Positions 30,865 to 42,500 are shown, counted from the first letter of the stretch. The stretch: DNA of 64,000 nt from Synechococcus sp. (GCA_047284725.1 JBJBEO010000001.1:1048203-1112202); one strand, 5' to 3'. Notes: a model not told the origin generated them from the letters alone. A program made the numbers and translations.

Positions 30865-30878
30865 TTGATAGCTATCAA
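30865..30878. promoter_or_regulatory. Perfect 14-bp palindrome in divergent promoter (candidate operator)
   Basis: TTGATAGCTATCAA is its own reverse complement; lies between the MshEN gene and the T1SS operon. Confidence 0.5.
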
Positions 30879-30983
30879 CGATAAGACGACTCAAGGCTGT
30901 CGCCAAGTGTTACATCGTTGTTGACGCTTGTCTTCATGCCTAAGTTGCGGGTGTTTAAAACCAGTCGTGGGCTTTCTTCGGCG

Positions 30984-32702
30984 ATGACTGCATCAGTGAA
31001 TCAGCACGCGCGATCGTTCTGGGGCAACAGCGTCAGCAGGGTTCAGCGCACCTATGCGAACTGCCGTGAGCTCTGGCAGGAGCTCATCAGTCATCGCTAT
31101 TTTCAGAGTATTCGATCCTTCGATTGGCACAGCATTCAGCTGGGGCAGATTCTTGTCGCGTCGGCGTTGATCAATCTGCTTGAGCTGTCAACGCCGCTCT
31201 ACATCAATATCGTCTACACGTCGATTCTTCCCAAACGTGCCAACGACAGCCTGATCCTGCTCACGGTGCTTGTGGTGCTGGCCATGGCGGCAGGGGGATG
31301 GCTGAAAGCGCTTCGGCTGTCGCTGGTCGGTCGGGAGAGTGCCCAGATCGAGCACCGCAAGCGTCTGGATGCCTATGCGCGCTTTGTGAACACCCCTGTT
31401 GGTCGCTTTCTGGCCAACAATGCATCGGTTCATCTATCCAGGCTGAACAGTATCAATCTGCTGCGCGATGAAAGTGCGGTGCAAACCCTCACGGTGGCCG
31501 TTGATCTCGCCTTCTCGCTGCTGTTCATCCTTGTGTTCATGCTTCTCGGTGGCATCCTCGTGCTGCCGGTGGTGATTGGAATCGCCATTTACTTCTTCAA
31601 GTCGCTCGCATTCTCCCGCGAATTTGAAGCTCTCAATCGCGACAAGGACAAGCTGGACATCGAGCGGCAGCATTATCAGTCGCAGGTGCTTGATTCCGTT
31701 GATCTGATCAAAACCAACGGTCTCAACAATCAGTTTCTTGTTGATGGTGAGCCGCTTCAGGAGCGTTGGTCCTGGCAGCGCATGACCAACGCCACCGCGA
31801 TTGGCAATTATCAGGCGTTAGGCAGCTACATCAGCCAGGTGACCTTTGCCTGTGTGGTCACGATGGGAGCTCTGATGATCATTGGCGACCGTCTCCTGGT
31901 CGGTGCCCTTGCGGCCTGTCTGCTCCTGGTAGGCAAGATTTTCAGCCCCTGGCAGCAGGCGATGACCTTCTGGAACAGTTTCCGGCGCCTCGGCCATTCG
32001 TTTGATGAATACGAAGCGTTGATGGAGGAGCCAGAGGAGCTTCCCAGTGGCTCCACAACCTTCATGCCGGCTGTTCAGGAGCGACTGGAACTGCTGGTCG
32101 GCCCATCCGTTGCGCTCTCGTGTCCCTACGGACAAGCGATGCTGGTGCGTGATCAGGAGTACGGCAATCACGTCAAGGACCTGTTCGTGAAGCTGATCCG
32201 CGCCGATCGAGACGACGGGATCGTTCTTGACGGCCAGAACCTTTCCAGCTACAGCACTGACTCGCTGCGTGAGGCGTTTGCCTATTGCGCCCCCTCGTCG
32301 CAGTTCTTTGAGGGGACCATCCTGCAGAACATCTGCAAATTCCAGCCCAGTCGCTATCAGAAATCCGCCTATTTCTGGTCGGTGCTGCTGGGAGTGGACT
32401 CCGAGATCCGAGCCTTGCCCGGTGGCTACGACACCACCATTGGCACGGCCAAGCCCAGTGGTCTCTCGATCGATTCGCAGTATCTGCTGCAGGTGATCGC
32501 AGCCCTGTCGGGAACGGCGTCGGTCGTGCTTCTCGATCTCAGTGATTGTTCCTTCGGCAAGCGCTTTGTCGAGGGCCTGGAACTGATCCTTCAACGCTGC
32601 GCAGGACGCAAGACGATTCTGGTGAATGGCAGTGGTCGTGTTCTGGAACGGCTGATTGCGAACCAATCGACCCTCGTGCTGTCGCCCGCATCGGGGGGAT
32701 GA
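30984..32702 (+). CDS. Type I secretion ABC subunit 1 (TMD plus degenerate NBD)
   Basis: HlyB/PrtD-like TMD (ASALINLLELSTPLY, VGALAACLLL); FFEGTILQNI and LPGGYDTTIG retained but no Walker A; start 30918-30984. Confidence 0.85.
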   Translation: MTASVNQHARSFWGNSVSRVQRTYANCRELWQELISHRYFQSIRSFDWHSIQLGQILVASALINLLELSTPLYINIVYTSILPKRANDSLILLTVLVVLAMAAGGWLKALRLSLVGRESAQIEHRKRLDAYARFVNTPVGRFLANNASVHLSRLNSINLLRDESAVQTLTVAVDLAFSLLFILVFMLLGGILVLPVVIGIAIYFFKSLAFSREFEALNRDKDKLDIERQHYQSQVLDSVDLIKTNGLNNQFLVDGEPLQERWSWQRMTNATAIGNYQALGSYISQVTFACVVTMGALMIIGDRLLVGALAACLLLVGKIFSPWQQAMTFWNSFRRLGHSFDEYEALMEEPEELPSGSTTFMPAVQERLELLVGPSVALSCPYGQAMLVRDQEYGNHVKDLFVKLIRADRDDGIVLDGQNLSSYSTDSLREAFAYCAPSSQFFEGTILQNICKFQPSRYQKSAYFWSVLLGVDSEIRALPGGYDTTIGTAKPSGLSIDSQYLLQVIAALSGTASVVLLDLSDCSFGKRFVEGLELILQRCAGRKTILVNGSGRVLERLIANQSTLVLSPASGG

Positions 32703-32752
32703 AGGCCTGATCCCTTCACGTCTTTGACGATCGCATTTCCTTTCCTGCTGCC

Positions 32753-34885
32753 ATGACTCTTTCCCGTTCTCTGACCCGCGACCTGACGCTCAGCTCGGAG
32801 GCTCCCCTCGCCTTCTGTCTGCGCTTGTTTCTGCAGAGCCTGCAATGGACCGGTCAAAGCTCTGATTTCGCCAGTGTGATGGGGCGCGATCCCCGCAGCC
32901 TCGACCTGGTGGATGCACGCAATGTTCTGCTCAGGCTTGGTTACAACACACGTTTATTGCAGATCAATGATTTCAACGACCTGAAAACCACACTGCTGCC
33001 GGCCCTCTACGTCTCGCCTGACGACCAACCGTTTGTGCTGCAGAACGGCCCGGACGAAGGCCTTCAGGTGGTCAACGCCAGTGGTGTGTTCCCCCTCGAC
33101 GCCGTCGCGCCGGGTGGATGGATTCTGGTGCTGGACGACACGGAGCTGAATCAGCGTTCATCCTTCATTGAGATTCTGTTGCTTCGCTTCTCCACGAAGA
33201 TCAGAACGCTCTATCTGATCAGCTTTGCGATCGCATTGCTGTCATTGGCGCTGCCTTTTTACATTCGCGCTGTTTACAACATCGCCATTCCAGCCCGCAG
33301 TCTGAGCTCCACCTTCTGGCTGCTGATCGGTGGTGCCTTCGTGTTCACCCTCGATCTGAATTTAAGGCAGTGGCGCGTGAAGCTGCTCTCCAATCTGGGC
33401 GGCCGATTGGATGTGTTGTTTGGCCTCAAGTTGCTGCAGAAATTTCTGGGTCTTGATTTCCGGCAACTGGAAATGATGGGCTACGGAGGCTTCAGCAGTC
33501 GCTCGCGCAATCTCGAGTCGATTCTTGCCTATGCGCAGGGGCCTCTGGCTCTGGCCTTGCTCGATTCCCCCTTTGTCTTCCTCTATCTGCTGGCGATCTG
33601 GTGGCTTGGCGGTGCGCTTGTGCTCGTGCCGATTGTGATCATGGTCTTGAGCGGCGTGTTGATTGCCTTCCTCTCGCGCTACTACAGCAGTGCGCAGGAA
33701 TTGAACATCACCACGGGCATCAGTCTGTTCCAGGCACAGCAGGAACTGGTGCGCCGCTTTCTGGAGGTGCGTCTCTCCAATCTGGAGTGGGTGTGGTTCC
33801 AGCGTCTGCGTGGACTGTCGGGTCAAAGCACCTCCACCAGCCTGACGATCAACGAACAGGTGGGCCGACTTCAGGTGATCTCCTCCACCGCCTCGCAGCT
33901 GGCCGGTGTGATCACCTTGGGCGTGGGGTGCTGGTTTGCCTTCCAGTCCCAGGACCCCAAGGTGTACGGAAACCTGATCGCCGCCATGTTCCTGGTGTGG
34001 CGTGTGTTCACGCCGTTCCAGTACTTCATGAGTGCTCTGCTGCGCTTTGAGGCGGTGCGCCGTCAGTACGACCAGTTCGATCAGTTCATGCGTCTTAAGA
34101 CCGGTGATCGTCCCACCAATCTGTCGACCTACGAGGGATTCCGTTTCTCCGGCTACATCGAAATGACGGCTGTCTCCTGCCGCCTGGCTTACGACTCCTC
34201 CTTGCAGCTGACCCGTTGTTCGATGCGGGCGACGCCCGGGGAAATTCTTGCTCTGACGGGCAAATCCGGATCCGGCAAGTCGGTGGCGCTGCGGGTGATT
34301 GATCAGTTGTATCCGGTAAGCAGCGGCACGCTGCTGTTTGACGGCAAGGATCACCGGCAGTTCTCAGCCGATGCGATTCAGCGCAACATCGCCTATGTGT
34401 TGCCGTCACCCCAATTTCTGCCCGGCACCATCTGGGACAACCTTGTTGCCATGAACCCGGATGCCCGTTTTGACGATGTGCAACGGGTTTGCGATCAACT
34501 CGAACTCACCGCCTTCATCGCCTCGTTCCCCGATGGTTATGAATCGATCATCGATCACCAGGCGCTCTATCAGATCCCGATCGGCATCCGCCGATTGTTG
34601 TCGCTCGCGCAGGCCCTGATCAAGGATGCACCGATCCTGCTGATCGATGACATCACGCAGGGATTGACTCCAGAGCAGTTTGAGGTGGTGGCGAAGGTGG
34701 TGCCCACCTTGTCGCAATCCCACTTCAGCCATCAGAAGCGCACGGTGATTCTCTCGACCGATAACGCCATGCTGCTGGATCTTGCCGACAGGATCTGCAT
34801 CCTTGATAAGGGCGTGACCGCTTTTGAAGGCACCCAGGACGAACTCAAGCAGAGTTTGCAGAAGAACAGCGCGATGCCGGGATGA
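32753..34885 (+). CDS. Type I secretion ABC subunit 2 (C39-like N-domain, TMD, NBD)
   Basis: N-terminal ~130-aa CLD-like region, TMD, Walker A GKSGSGKS, GTIWDNL, ILLIDD. Confidence 0.88.
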   Translation: MTLSRSLTRDLTLSSEAPLAFCLRLFLQSLQWTGQSSDFASVMGRDPRSLDLVDARNVLLRLGYNTRLLQINDFNDLKTTLLPALYVSPDDQPFVLQNGPDEGLQVVNASGVFPLDAVAPGGWILVLDDTELNQRSSFIEILLLRFSTKIRTLYLISFAIALLSLALPFYIRAVYNIAIPARSLSSTFWLLIGGAFVFTLDLNLRQWRVKLLSNLGGRLDVLFGLKLLQKFLGLDFRQLEMMGYGGFSSRSRNLESILAYAQGPLALALLDSPFVFLYLLAIWWLGGALVLVPIVIMVLSGVLIAFLSRYYSSAQELNITTGISLFQAQQELVRRFLEVRLSNLEWVWFQRLRGLSGQSTSTSLTINEQVGRLQVISSTASQLAGVITLGVGCWFAFQSQDPKVYGNLIAAMFLVWRVFTPFQYFMSALLRFEAVRRQYDQFDQFMRLKTGDRPTNLSTYEGFRFSGYIEMTAVSCRLAYDSSLQLTRCSMRATPGEILALTGKSGSGKSVALRVIDQLYPVSSGTLLFDGKDHRQFSADAIQRNIAYVLPSPQFLPGTIWDNLVAMNPDARFDDVQRVCDQLELTAFIASFPDGYESIIDHQALYQIPIGIRRLLSLAQALIKDAPILLIDDITQGLTPEQFEVVAKVVPTLSQSHFSHQKRTVILSTDNAMLLDLADRICILDKGVTAFEGTQDELKQSLQKNSAMPG

Positions 34886-34953
34886 CCTGACGCCCCCGAG
34901 CCGTCTGCTTGCTGTCAACCACGTTTCTTCCACTCTCTTTCCTCTTAAACGTC

Positions 34954-36339
34954 ATGACCACCACCTCCGCTTCCTCCTCCACTCCCTCCAACAACAGCTC
35001 CAGCCTGTCAACCGACAGTCTGCTCAGCTCCTTCTCTTCCCTGACCACGTCCGACACCTCGGCGTTGATCGGTCGCAATCGCCTCAATCAGGCCCTCGAA
35101 CTCGAAGAACCGCGCGACAATAAATTCCTGCGGCGAACACTGTTCGGTCTGGGCGGGGCGGCGCTGATTTTCTTCCCCTGGGCGCTGCTCACACCGATCA
35201 CGCAGGTGGTGCAAGCGTCCGGTGAGGTGGTTCCCAAGGGTTCGGTGAGTGTTCTCCAGCACCTGGAAGGCGGGATCGTTTCGAATGTGTCGGTGCAGAA
35301 CGGCCAGACTGTGAGCAAAGGCGATGTGCTTCTGACGCTCAATCCCAAACTGGTTGGCAGTGAATATGCGGCGATGCAGGCCAAGCTGGAAGCGTTGCTG
35401 CTGCAACAGCAACAGCTCCAGGCCGCCATCCGTGGTGATGGAAAGCTTCCAGAGGACACGGTTGGATCCGGTGAGCCTGCCAACGCCAAGATTGCTGAGG
35501 CTCAGCAGGCACTGCTCGATAGCCGTTTGAGCAACACTGCCGATCAGGTGGAGGCATCCAAAGCGATCGTGGCTGAAAAAGAGGCTGAGGTGGCTGGTCT
35601 GTCCGACCAGTTGCGCCTCACCATTGAGGAACGTGAGATGTGGGGGCAGCTCACCGATTCCGGTGCAGCGTCACAACTGCAGTACCTCACGGCCAGAGCC
35701 AAGGTGGCTGAAACCCGCACGGCTTTGAATGAGTCTCGCAAGGCACTCAGTCAGGCCAAGGCGAATCTGCGCGGTCTGAATTCAGGCCTTGTGTTTGAGC
35801 AGAATTCCCAGATTGCCCAGCTCGTCAATGAAGAGCAGGTGGTGGCTGAAAACATCCAGAAGATCAAGTTTCAGCTGGATCGCACCAAAGTCACCGCACC
35901 GGTGGATGGTGTGGTGAGTGACCTGCGTTTCCATGCCCCTGGCGCTGTGGTGGGTCCTGGTGCTGTGGTGGGGGCCGTGGTGCCTGCCGGCAGCAACAAG
36001 CTGGCGGAGATCCGCATTCCTTCCCAGGACATCGGCTTTGTCAAGGTGGGGCAGGACGTGAAGGTGAACCTTGCGCCCTATGACTCCTCGGTGTATGGAT
36101 CGATTCCTGGTCAGTTGGTGAGTATTTCCGGCGACACAGTGCAGGATCCGGATAACCGCCAGTTTTATTACATCGGTCAGGTGCAGCTCGAGCGCCAGAC
36201 CGTACATCCCTCAGGCAAGAAATACCCGATTCAGGTGGGTATGCCTGTGGTGGCTGATATCCAGGGCCAGCGCAGCAATGTGTTGCGTTATCTGTTCCAG
36301 CCGTTTGTGCGCACGATGGGCGGTGCTCTGAGGGAGTGA
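34954..36339 (+). CDS. HlyD-family type I secretion periplasmic adaptor
   Basis: Single TM, ASGEVVP...LQHLEGGIV, coiled coil, APVDGVV, DIGFVKVGQ, GMPVVADI. Confidence 0.95.
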   Translation: MTTTSASSSTPSNNSSSLSTDSLLSSFSSLTTSDTSALIGRNRLNQALELEEPRDNKFLRRTLFGLGGAALIFFPWALLTPITQVVQASGEVVPKGSVSVLQHLEGGIVSNVSVQNGQTVSKGDVLLTLNPKLVGSEYAAMQAKLEALLLQQQQLQAAIRGDGKLPEDTVGSGEPANAKIAEAQQALLDSRLSNTADQVEASKAIVAEKEAEVAGLSDQLRLTIEEREMWGQLTDSGAASQLQYLTARAKVAETRTALNESRKALSQAKANLRGLNSGLVFEQNSQIAQLVNEEQVVAENIQKIKFQLDRTKVTAPVDGVVSDLRFHAPGAVVGPGAVVGAVVPAGSNKLAEIRIPSQDIGFVKVGQDVKVNLAPYDSSVYGSIPGQLVSISGDTVQDPDNRQFYYIGQVQLERQTVHPSGKKYPIQVGMPVVADIQGQRSNVLRYLFQPFVRTMGGALRE

Positions 36340-36380
36340 TCACCGGCGTTTCGCGCCGCCTCTCAGTTTGCATTCAGGTT

Positions 36381-36407
36381 CAAACCCCCTGCGCTGCAGG
36401 GGGTTTG
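36381..36407. terminator. Perfect 12-bp-stem hairpin after the T1SS operon
   Basis: CAAACCCCCTGC-GCT-GCAGGGGGTTTG. Confidence 0.7.
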
Positions 36408-36527
36408 CTGTTATCAGCGTATTCTCAGGGTTCTAGAGGTTCGTCCCTCAGTGACTGAATCCTGTTTTGCAAGAGAAGCGGAATAACTTGAAAACATCAC
36501 CTAGTAGTGCCTTCAGGACGACGAACG

Positions 36528-39500
36528 ATGGTTGACGAAAATCTCACCTCTGATCAAACCGGTTTTGATGCTGCTGGTACCGATGAGCAGACCAAACAGG
36601 TTGTCCAGGCTTCTGAGCAGCAAGTTCACGTGCCCGGTGGCCGTACAGCTCCAGTTGAGGGCAATACAGAGGTCCCTGATGTGCCCTATGAGGGCGAACC
36701 CGAGACGGTGAATCCGGGGAAGCCCCCAGCCAATGCAGTGGGTCCTGAGATTGAGGTGCAGACCCAACCCCAAGGCCTCGGCGGGGGCGTCACTCTTGCT
36801 TCTGAAGAGCCGGTTGAGGCGGATGAGCCTGAAACGCTACAACTTCTTGAATCTCCTGTTCCTACGGCGGATCCAATCATCACGGAAACAGTCGATGAAG
36901 GGGTCGCTCCTGCCATTGAGCCCGAGCCGGAGCCGGAGCCGGATCCAGAGCCTCAGCTCGAATTTTCGTTGGATGATCCACAGCTGGTGACGCCTGATGC
37001 AGGTACACCAGATGGTTCAGCACCGGTGGCGGTTGGTGATAACACCGATCAATCTCCTGTGAGTGTGACGACACGGGTTGCGACTCCCGTGCCTGGTCAA
37101 CTTGATTTTGACCTGAATCTCACATCTGGCAGTCCGATAACTATTCGGGACTCACTGACCGGCCAAACTGTTCAATTAAGAATTGACCGGGTCGATGGTG
37201 AGGATGTTGTTGTTGGATTTATTGGTAGTGGTGCCAATGAAACAACAGTTTTTACTGTTTCCGGCAATGAGCTTGATGGAACCATCACGCTGACTCAGTT
37301 CCGGTCGGTTCTGCATGGAGATCCACAAACCGATCCTAATACGAATGATCGTGTTGGCCTGTTTGGTCAAAATCCTGATAACGAGACTCCACCAGCGGGC
37401 TCTGAGCGCATTGTGCTTGTTGGTACATTGACCCAAGCTGACGGCCAGTCAGTTACGCAAGAAATTGATATCACGAATGCCATTGTTTTTACTGATGATG
37501 AGCCTGAGGTCAATGTTGAGGGTTCAGACATTGAGGGTTTGTTTGTCACGTATGATGGAAATACTTCCCTCGATGGTAATTTTCAAGGCTCTTCGAATGG
37601 AGATGTGCCTGCTGCTGGAACAGATTCTGATTCAGTTGTGATACCTGCTGCTTCGATTGAAGCTGCTTTCGTTTCTTCTGTTGATTACAATGCAGATGGA
37701 CCTGCTGCATCGGATATATCGCCTACTGGCGAACCTTCACCAGTTGTATCTGATTACCAGCTAGTTTTATTCGAAGACATCGTATCTGGAGTCACCCCTG
37801 TTCGAGATGATGACGGCTCTATTTGGCGCAGTCAGGGTGAGGAAGTCATATGGTTTGAAGTTTTAGGAGTCAATGGAGACCTTCTCAAGGTTGAAGGGCG
37901 AATTGATTTGGCTGGCGAGCAGATTGTTGTTTTTGATGTTGTTATTAATTCTGATCCCGCCGAGCCCGATGTTTTCGGCGATCTTGTCTTTACGCAATAC
38001 GAACAGTTGGATCATCTTGTTCCAACTTCGTCCGACTACACTTCCGATGAAAGAACACTTGGTAATAATCAGCTCTTTGTCGAGCAGCAAATAACTGCTA
38101 CAGATGCAGATTTTGATACTGATACGGCTACGGCTCGTATTGATCTTGGCAATAATTTGATTGTTGGTGATGACGGCCCAGCGATTGGCGAACTTGGCGA
38201 GGTTGATCTGAGTCAGATCACGCTGGTGACATCGGATGCAGCAGCAGCTGGTGGTAACTACACCGGCGGGTTTAGCGCCAGTGCGGATGCTGATTTTGAT
38301 GCAGCGTTTGAAGCCGTTGTGAGTGCTGCAGTGCTTGCAGGGGAGATTGATTTTGGAGCGGATATTGGAGGGACTGAGACTGCGGATGTCTCGAACTACA
38401 AGTTGGAGCTTGGTGATCTCGTTGGGGTCGGTGGTGTAACGGGGCTAACGAGTGAGGAACCCGGAACGGAAGGCGATCCCATTTATGTGTTCCTGAATGC
38501 TGCTGGAACGCAGTTGGTTGGTAGTACGAATGCTGGATATGACATTGCGGTCGATGGGATCGATGGAACGGTTGCATTCACGGTTGACCTGACGGGTGTG
38601 AATGACGTCGGCAATGTGGAGCTGACGCAGTATCAGGCTGTGACTCAGCCTGTTGCTCAAACGGATCCGGCTGCTCCGAACGATCCAATCACGGGTTATC
38701 CGAGTGATGAGGTGACGCTGGACGGTCTGGTGAAGTTGTCAGGAACAGTGACAGCGACAGACAGTGATGGAGACAAGGCGACGACAACACTGAGCACCGA
38801 CATTGGCGACAGTCTGGAACTGCGTGATGACGGCCCAGCGATTGGCGAACTTGGCGAGGTTGATCTGAGTCAGATCACGCTGGTGACATCGGATGCAGCA
38901 GCAGCTGGTGGTAACTACACCGGCGGGTTTAGCGCCAGTGCGGATGCTGATTTTGATGCAGCGTTTGAAGCCGTTGTGAGTGCTGCAGTGCTTGCAGGGG
39001 AGATTGATTTTGGAGCGGATATTGGAGGGACTGAGACTGCGGATGTCTCGAACTACAAGTTGGAGCTTGGTGATCTCGTTGGGGTCGGTGGTGTAACGGG
39101 GCTAACGAGTGAGGAACCCGGAACGGAAGGCGATCCCATTTATGTGTTCCTGAATGCTGCTGGAACGCAGTTGGTTGGTAGTACGAATGCTGGATATGAC
39201 ATTGCGGTCGATGGGATCGATGGAACGGTTGCATTCACGGTTGACCTGACGGGTGTGAATGACGTCGGCAATGTGGAGCTGACGCAGTATCAGGCTGTGA
39301 CTCAGCCTGTTGCTCAAACGGATCCGGCTGCTCCGAACGATCCAATCACGGGTTATCCGAGTGATGAGGTGACGCTGGACGGTCTGGTGAAGTTGTCAGG
39401 AACAGTGACAGCGACAGACAGTGATGGAGACAAGGCGACGACAACACTGAGCACCGACATTGGCGACAGTCTGGAACTGCGTGATGACGGCCCAGCGATT

Positions 39501-42500
39501 GGCGAACTTGGCGAGGTTGATCTGAGTCAGATCACGCTGGTGACATCGGATGCAGCAGCAGCTGGTGGTAACTACACCGGCGGGTTTAGCGCCAGTGCGG
39601 ATGCTGATTTTGATGCAGCGTTTGAAGCCGTTGTGAGTGCTGCAGTGCTTGCAGGGGAGATTGATTTTGGAGCGGATATTGGAGGGACTGAGACTGCGGA
39701 TGTCTCGAACTACAAGTTGGAGCTTGGTGATCTCGTTGGGGTCGGTGGTGTAACGGGGCTAACGAGTGAGGAACCCGGAACGGAAGGCGATCCCATTTAT
39801 GTGTTCCTGAATGCTGCTGGAACGCAGTTGGTTGGTAGTACGAATGCTGGATATGACATTGCGGTCGATGGGATCGATGGAACGGTTGCATTCACGGTTG
39901 ACCTGACGGGTGTGAATGACGTCGGCAATGTGGAGCTGACGCAGTATCAGGCTGTGACTCAGCCTGTTGCTCAAACGGATCCGGCTGCTCCGAACGATCC
40001 AATCACGGGTTATCCGAGTGATGAGGTGACGCTGGACGGTCTGGTGAAGTTGTCAGGAACAGTGACAGCGACAGACAGTGATGGAGACAAGGCGACGACA
40101 ACACTGAGCACCGACATTGGCGACAGTCTGGAACTGCGTGATGACGGCCCAGCGATTGGCGAACTTGGCGAGGTTGATCTGAGTCAGATCACGCTGGTGA
40201 CATCGGATGCAGCAGCAGCTGGTGGTAACTACACCGGCGGGTTTAGCGCCAGTGCGGATGCTGATTTTGATGCAGCGTTTGAAGCCGTTGTGAGTGCTGC
40301 AGTGCTTGCAGGGGAGATTGATTTTGGAGCGGATATTGGAGGGACTGAGACTGCGGATGTCTCGAACTACAAGTTGGAGCTTGGTGATCTCGTTGGGGTC
40401 GGTGGTGTAACGGGGCTAACGAGTGAGGAACCCGGAACGGAAGGCGATCCCATTTATGTGTTCCTGAATGCTGCTGGAACGCAGTTGGTTGGTAGTACGA
40501 ATGCTGGATATGACATTGCGGTCGATGGGATCGATGGAACGGTTGCATTCACGGTTGACCTGACGGGTGTGAATGACGTCGGCAATGTGGAGCTGACGCA
40601 GTATCAGGCTGTGACTCAGCCTGTTGCTCAAACGGATCCGGCTGCTCCGAACGATCCAATCACGGGTTATCCGAGTGATGAGGTGACGCTGGACGGTCTG
40701 GTGAAGTTGTCAGGAACAGTGACAGCGACAGACAGTGATGGAGACAAGGCGACGACAACACTGAGCACCGACATTGGCGACAGTCTGGAACTGCGTGATG
40801 ACGGCCCAGCGATTGGCGAACTTGGCGAGGTTGATCTGAGTCAGATCACGCTGGTGACATCGGATGCAGCAGCAGCTGGTGGTAACTACACCGGCGGGTT
40901 TAGCGCCAGTGCGGATGCTGATTTTGATGCAGCGTTTGAAGCCGTTGTGAGTGCTGCAGTGCTTGCAGGGGAGATTGATTTTGGAGCGGATATTGGAGGG
41001 ACTGAGACTGCGGATGTCTCGAACTACAAGTTGGAGCTTGGTGATCTCGTTGGGGTCGGTGGTGTAACGGGGCTAACGAGTGAGGAACCCGGAACGGAAG
41101 GCGATCCCATTTATGTGTTCCTGAATGCTGCTGGAACGCAGTTGGTTGGTAGTACGAATGCTGGATATGACATTGCGGTCGATGGGATCGATGGAACGGT
41201 TGCATTCACGGTTGACCTGACGGGTGTGAATGACGTCGGCAATGTGGAGCTGACGCAGTATCAGGCTGTGACTCAGCCTGTTGCTCAAACGGATCCGGCT
41301 GCTCCGAACGATCCAATCACGGGTTATCCGAGTGATGAGGTGACGCTGGACGGTCTGGTGAAGTTGTCAGGAACAGTGACAGCGACAGACAGTGATGGAG
41401 ACAAGGCGACGACAACACTGAGCACCGACATTGGCGACAGTCTGGAACTGCGTGATGACGGCCCAGCGATTGGCGAACTTGGCGAGGTTGATCTGAGTCA
41501 GATCACGCTGGTGACATCGGATGCAGCAGCAGCTGGTGGTAACTACACCGGCGGGTTTAGCGCCAGTGCGGATGCTGATTTTGATGCAGCGTTTGAAGCC
41601 GTTGTGAGTGCTGCAGTGCTTGCAGGGGAGATTGATTTTGGAGCGGATATTGGAGGGACTGAGACTGCGGATGTCTCGAACTACAAGTTGGAGCTTGGTG
41701 ATCTCGTTGGGGTCGGTGGTGTAACGGGGCTAACGAGTGAGGAACCCGGAACGGAAGGCGATCCCATTTATGTGTTCCTGAATGCTGCTGGAACGCAGTT
41801 GGTTGGTAGTACGAATGCTGGATATGACATTGCGGTCGATGGGATCGATGGAACGGTTGCATTCACGGTTGACCTGACGGGTGTGAATGACGTCGGCAAT
41901 GTGGAGCTGACGCAGTATCAGGCTGTGACTCAGCCTGTTGCTCAAACGGATCCGGCTGCTCCGAACGATCCAATCACGGGTTATCCGAGTGATGAGGTGA
42001 CGCTGGACGGTCTGGTGAAGTTGTCAGGAACAGTGACAGCGACAGACAGTGATGGAGACAAGGCGACGACAACACTGAGCACCGACATTGGCGACAGTCT
42101 GGAACTGCGTGATGACGGCCCAGCGATTGGCGAACTTGGCGAGGTTGATCTGAGTCAGATCACGCTGGTGACATCGGATGCAGCAGCAGCTGGTGGTAAC
42201 TACACCGGCGGGTTTAGCGCCAGTGCGGATGCTGATTTTGATGCAGCGTTTGAAGCCGTTGTGAGTGCTGCAGTGCTTGCAGGGGAGATTGATTTTGGAG
42301 CGGATATTGGAGGGACTGAGACTGCGGATGTCTCGAACTACAAGTTGGAGCTTGGTGATCTCGTTGGGGTCGGTGGTGTAACGGGGCTAACGAGTGAGGA
42401 ACCCGGAACGGAAGGCGATCCCATTTATGTGTTCCTGAATGCTGCTGGAACGCAGTTGGTTGGTAGTACGAATGCTGGATATGACATTGCGGTCGATGGG

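Noticed and set aside
30984..32702. ABC subunit 1 as a pseudogene
   Set aside because: Frame is intact with a complete TMD and NBD-length C-terminus; motif loss looks specific rather than random decay
37605..37625. PAAG (and N-terminal DAAG) as a LapG cleavage site
   Set aside because: Not positioned after a retention module, AAG-type strings recur in every repeat, and no LapG/LapD gene is in the window
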